The notes below the pieces were generated by a model. It ran no database searches. It was not told where the DNA came from and saw nothing but the letters and a program-made list of their open reading frames with translations. A DNA stretch of 64,000 nt from positions 199,952,001-200,016,000 of the forward strand of contig NC_086100.1 of NCBI RefSeq assembly GCF_963921235.1, in the 5' to 3' direction. The DNA is from Mobula hypostoma (lineage: Eukaryota). The first letter of the stretch is position 1. Every line of letters begins with the position of its first letter. The translations under genes and the position numbers were made by a program. Of the stretch, positions 63,701-64,000 are shown piece after piece.

Positions 63701-64000
63701 GACCCAGCTGATACTGACTGCTCAACAGGTATGAGCCTACACTGAGACCCAGCTGATACTGACTACTCAACAGGTATGAGCCTACACTGAGACCCAGCTG
63801 ATACTGACTGCTCAACAGGTATCAACCTACACTGAGACCCAGCTGATACTGACTGCTCAACAGGTATGAGCCTACACTGAGACCCAGCTGATACTGACTG
63901 CTCAACAGGTATGAGCCTACAGTGAGACCCAGCTGATACTGACTACTCAACAGGTATGAACCTACAGTGAGACCCAGATGATACTGACTACTCAACAGGT
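42778..64000. repeat. 45-bp satellite array, about 470 monomers, running past the window end; consensus CCTACACTGAGACCCAGCTGATACTGACTRCTCAACAGGTATGAR
   Basis: Periodicity of 45 is directly visible with low divergence. There are only a few 1-bp deletions (e.g. ~44580, 45015, 46364, 47282, 56410) and no interspersed elements. Confidence 0.98.

Noticed and set aside
42778..64000. CRISPR array
   Set aside because: The monomers are head-to-tail with no unique spacers, no cas genes are present, and the context is eukaryotic.

Overview
This is eukaryotic, repeat-dominated DNA, most likely from a cartilaginous fish (inferred from the CR1, L1, RTE, Rex1 and Penelope-like repeat families). It holds one clear host gene: an intact ~4.9 kb coding exon of a very large inducible GTPase (GVIN1/URGCP, VLIG family) at ~16976-21882 (+). 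Two deeply nested retroelement stacks flank it. In the first, an old CR1 (4434-16295) holds a full-length decayed L1 and two younger CR1s. In the second, a Gypsy element (31202-41655) holds a full-length RTE LINE, which itself holds two young CR1s, a short SINE and a Penelope-like hairpin. There are also two solo LTRs, a Gypsy 3' end, Rex1 fragments and a 25-bp minisatellite. From ~42778 to the window end lies a ~21 kb array of a 45-bp satellite with higher-order structure, whose monomer reads like a complete GT...branch point...AG mini-intron. All calls come from reading the sequence by eye; family names come from recognised motifs, not database searches.
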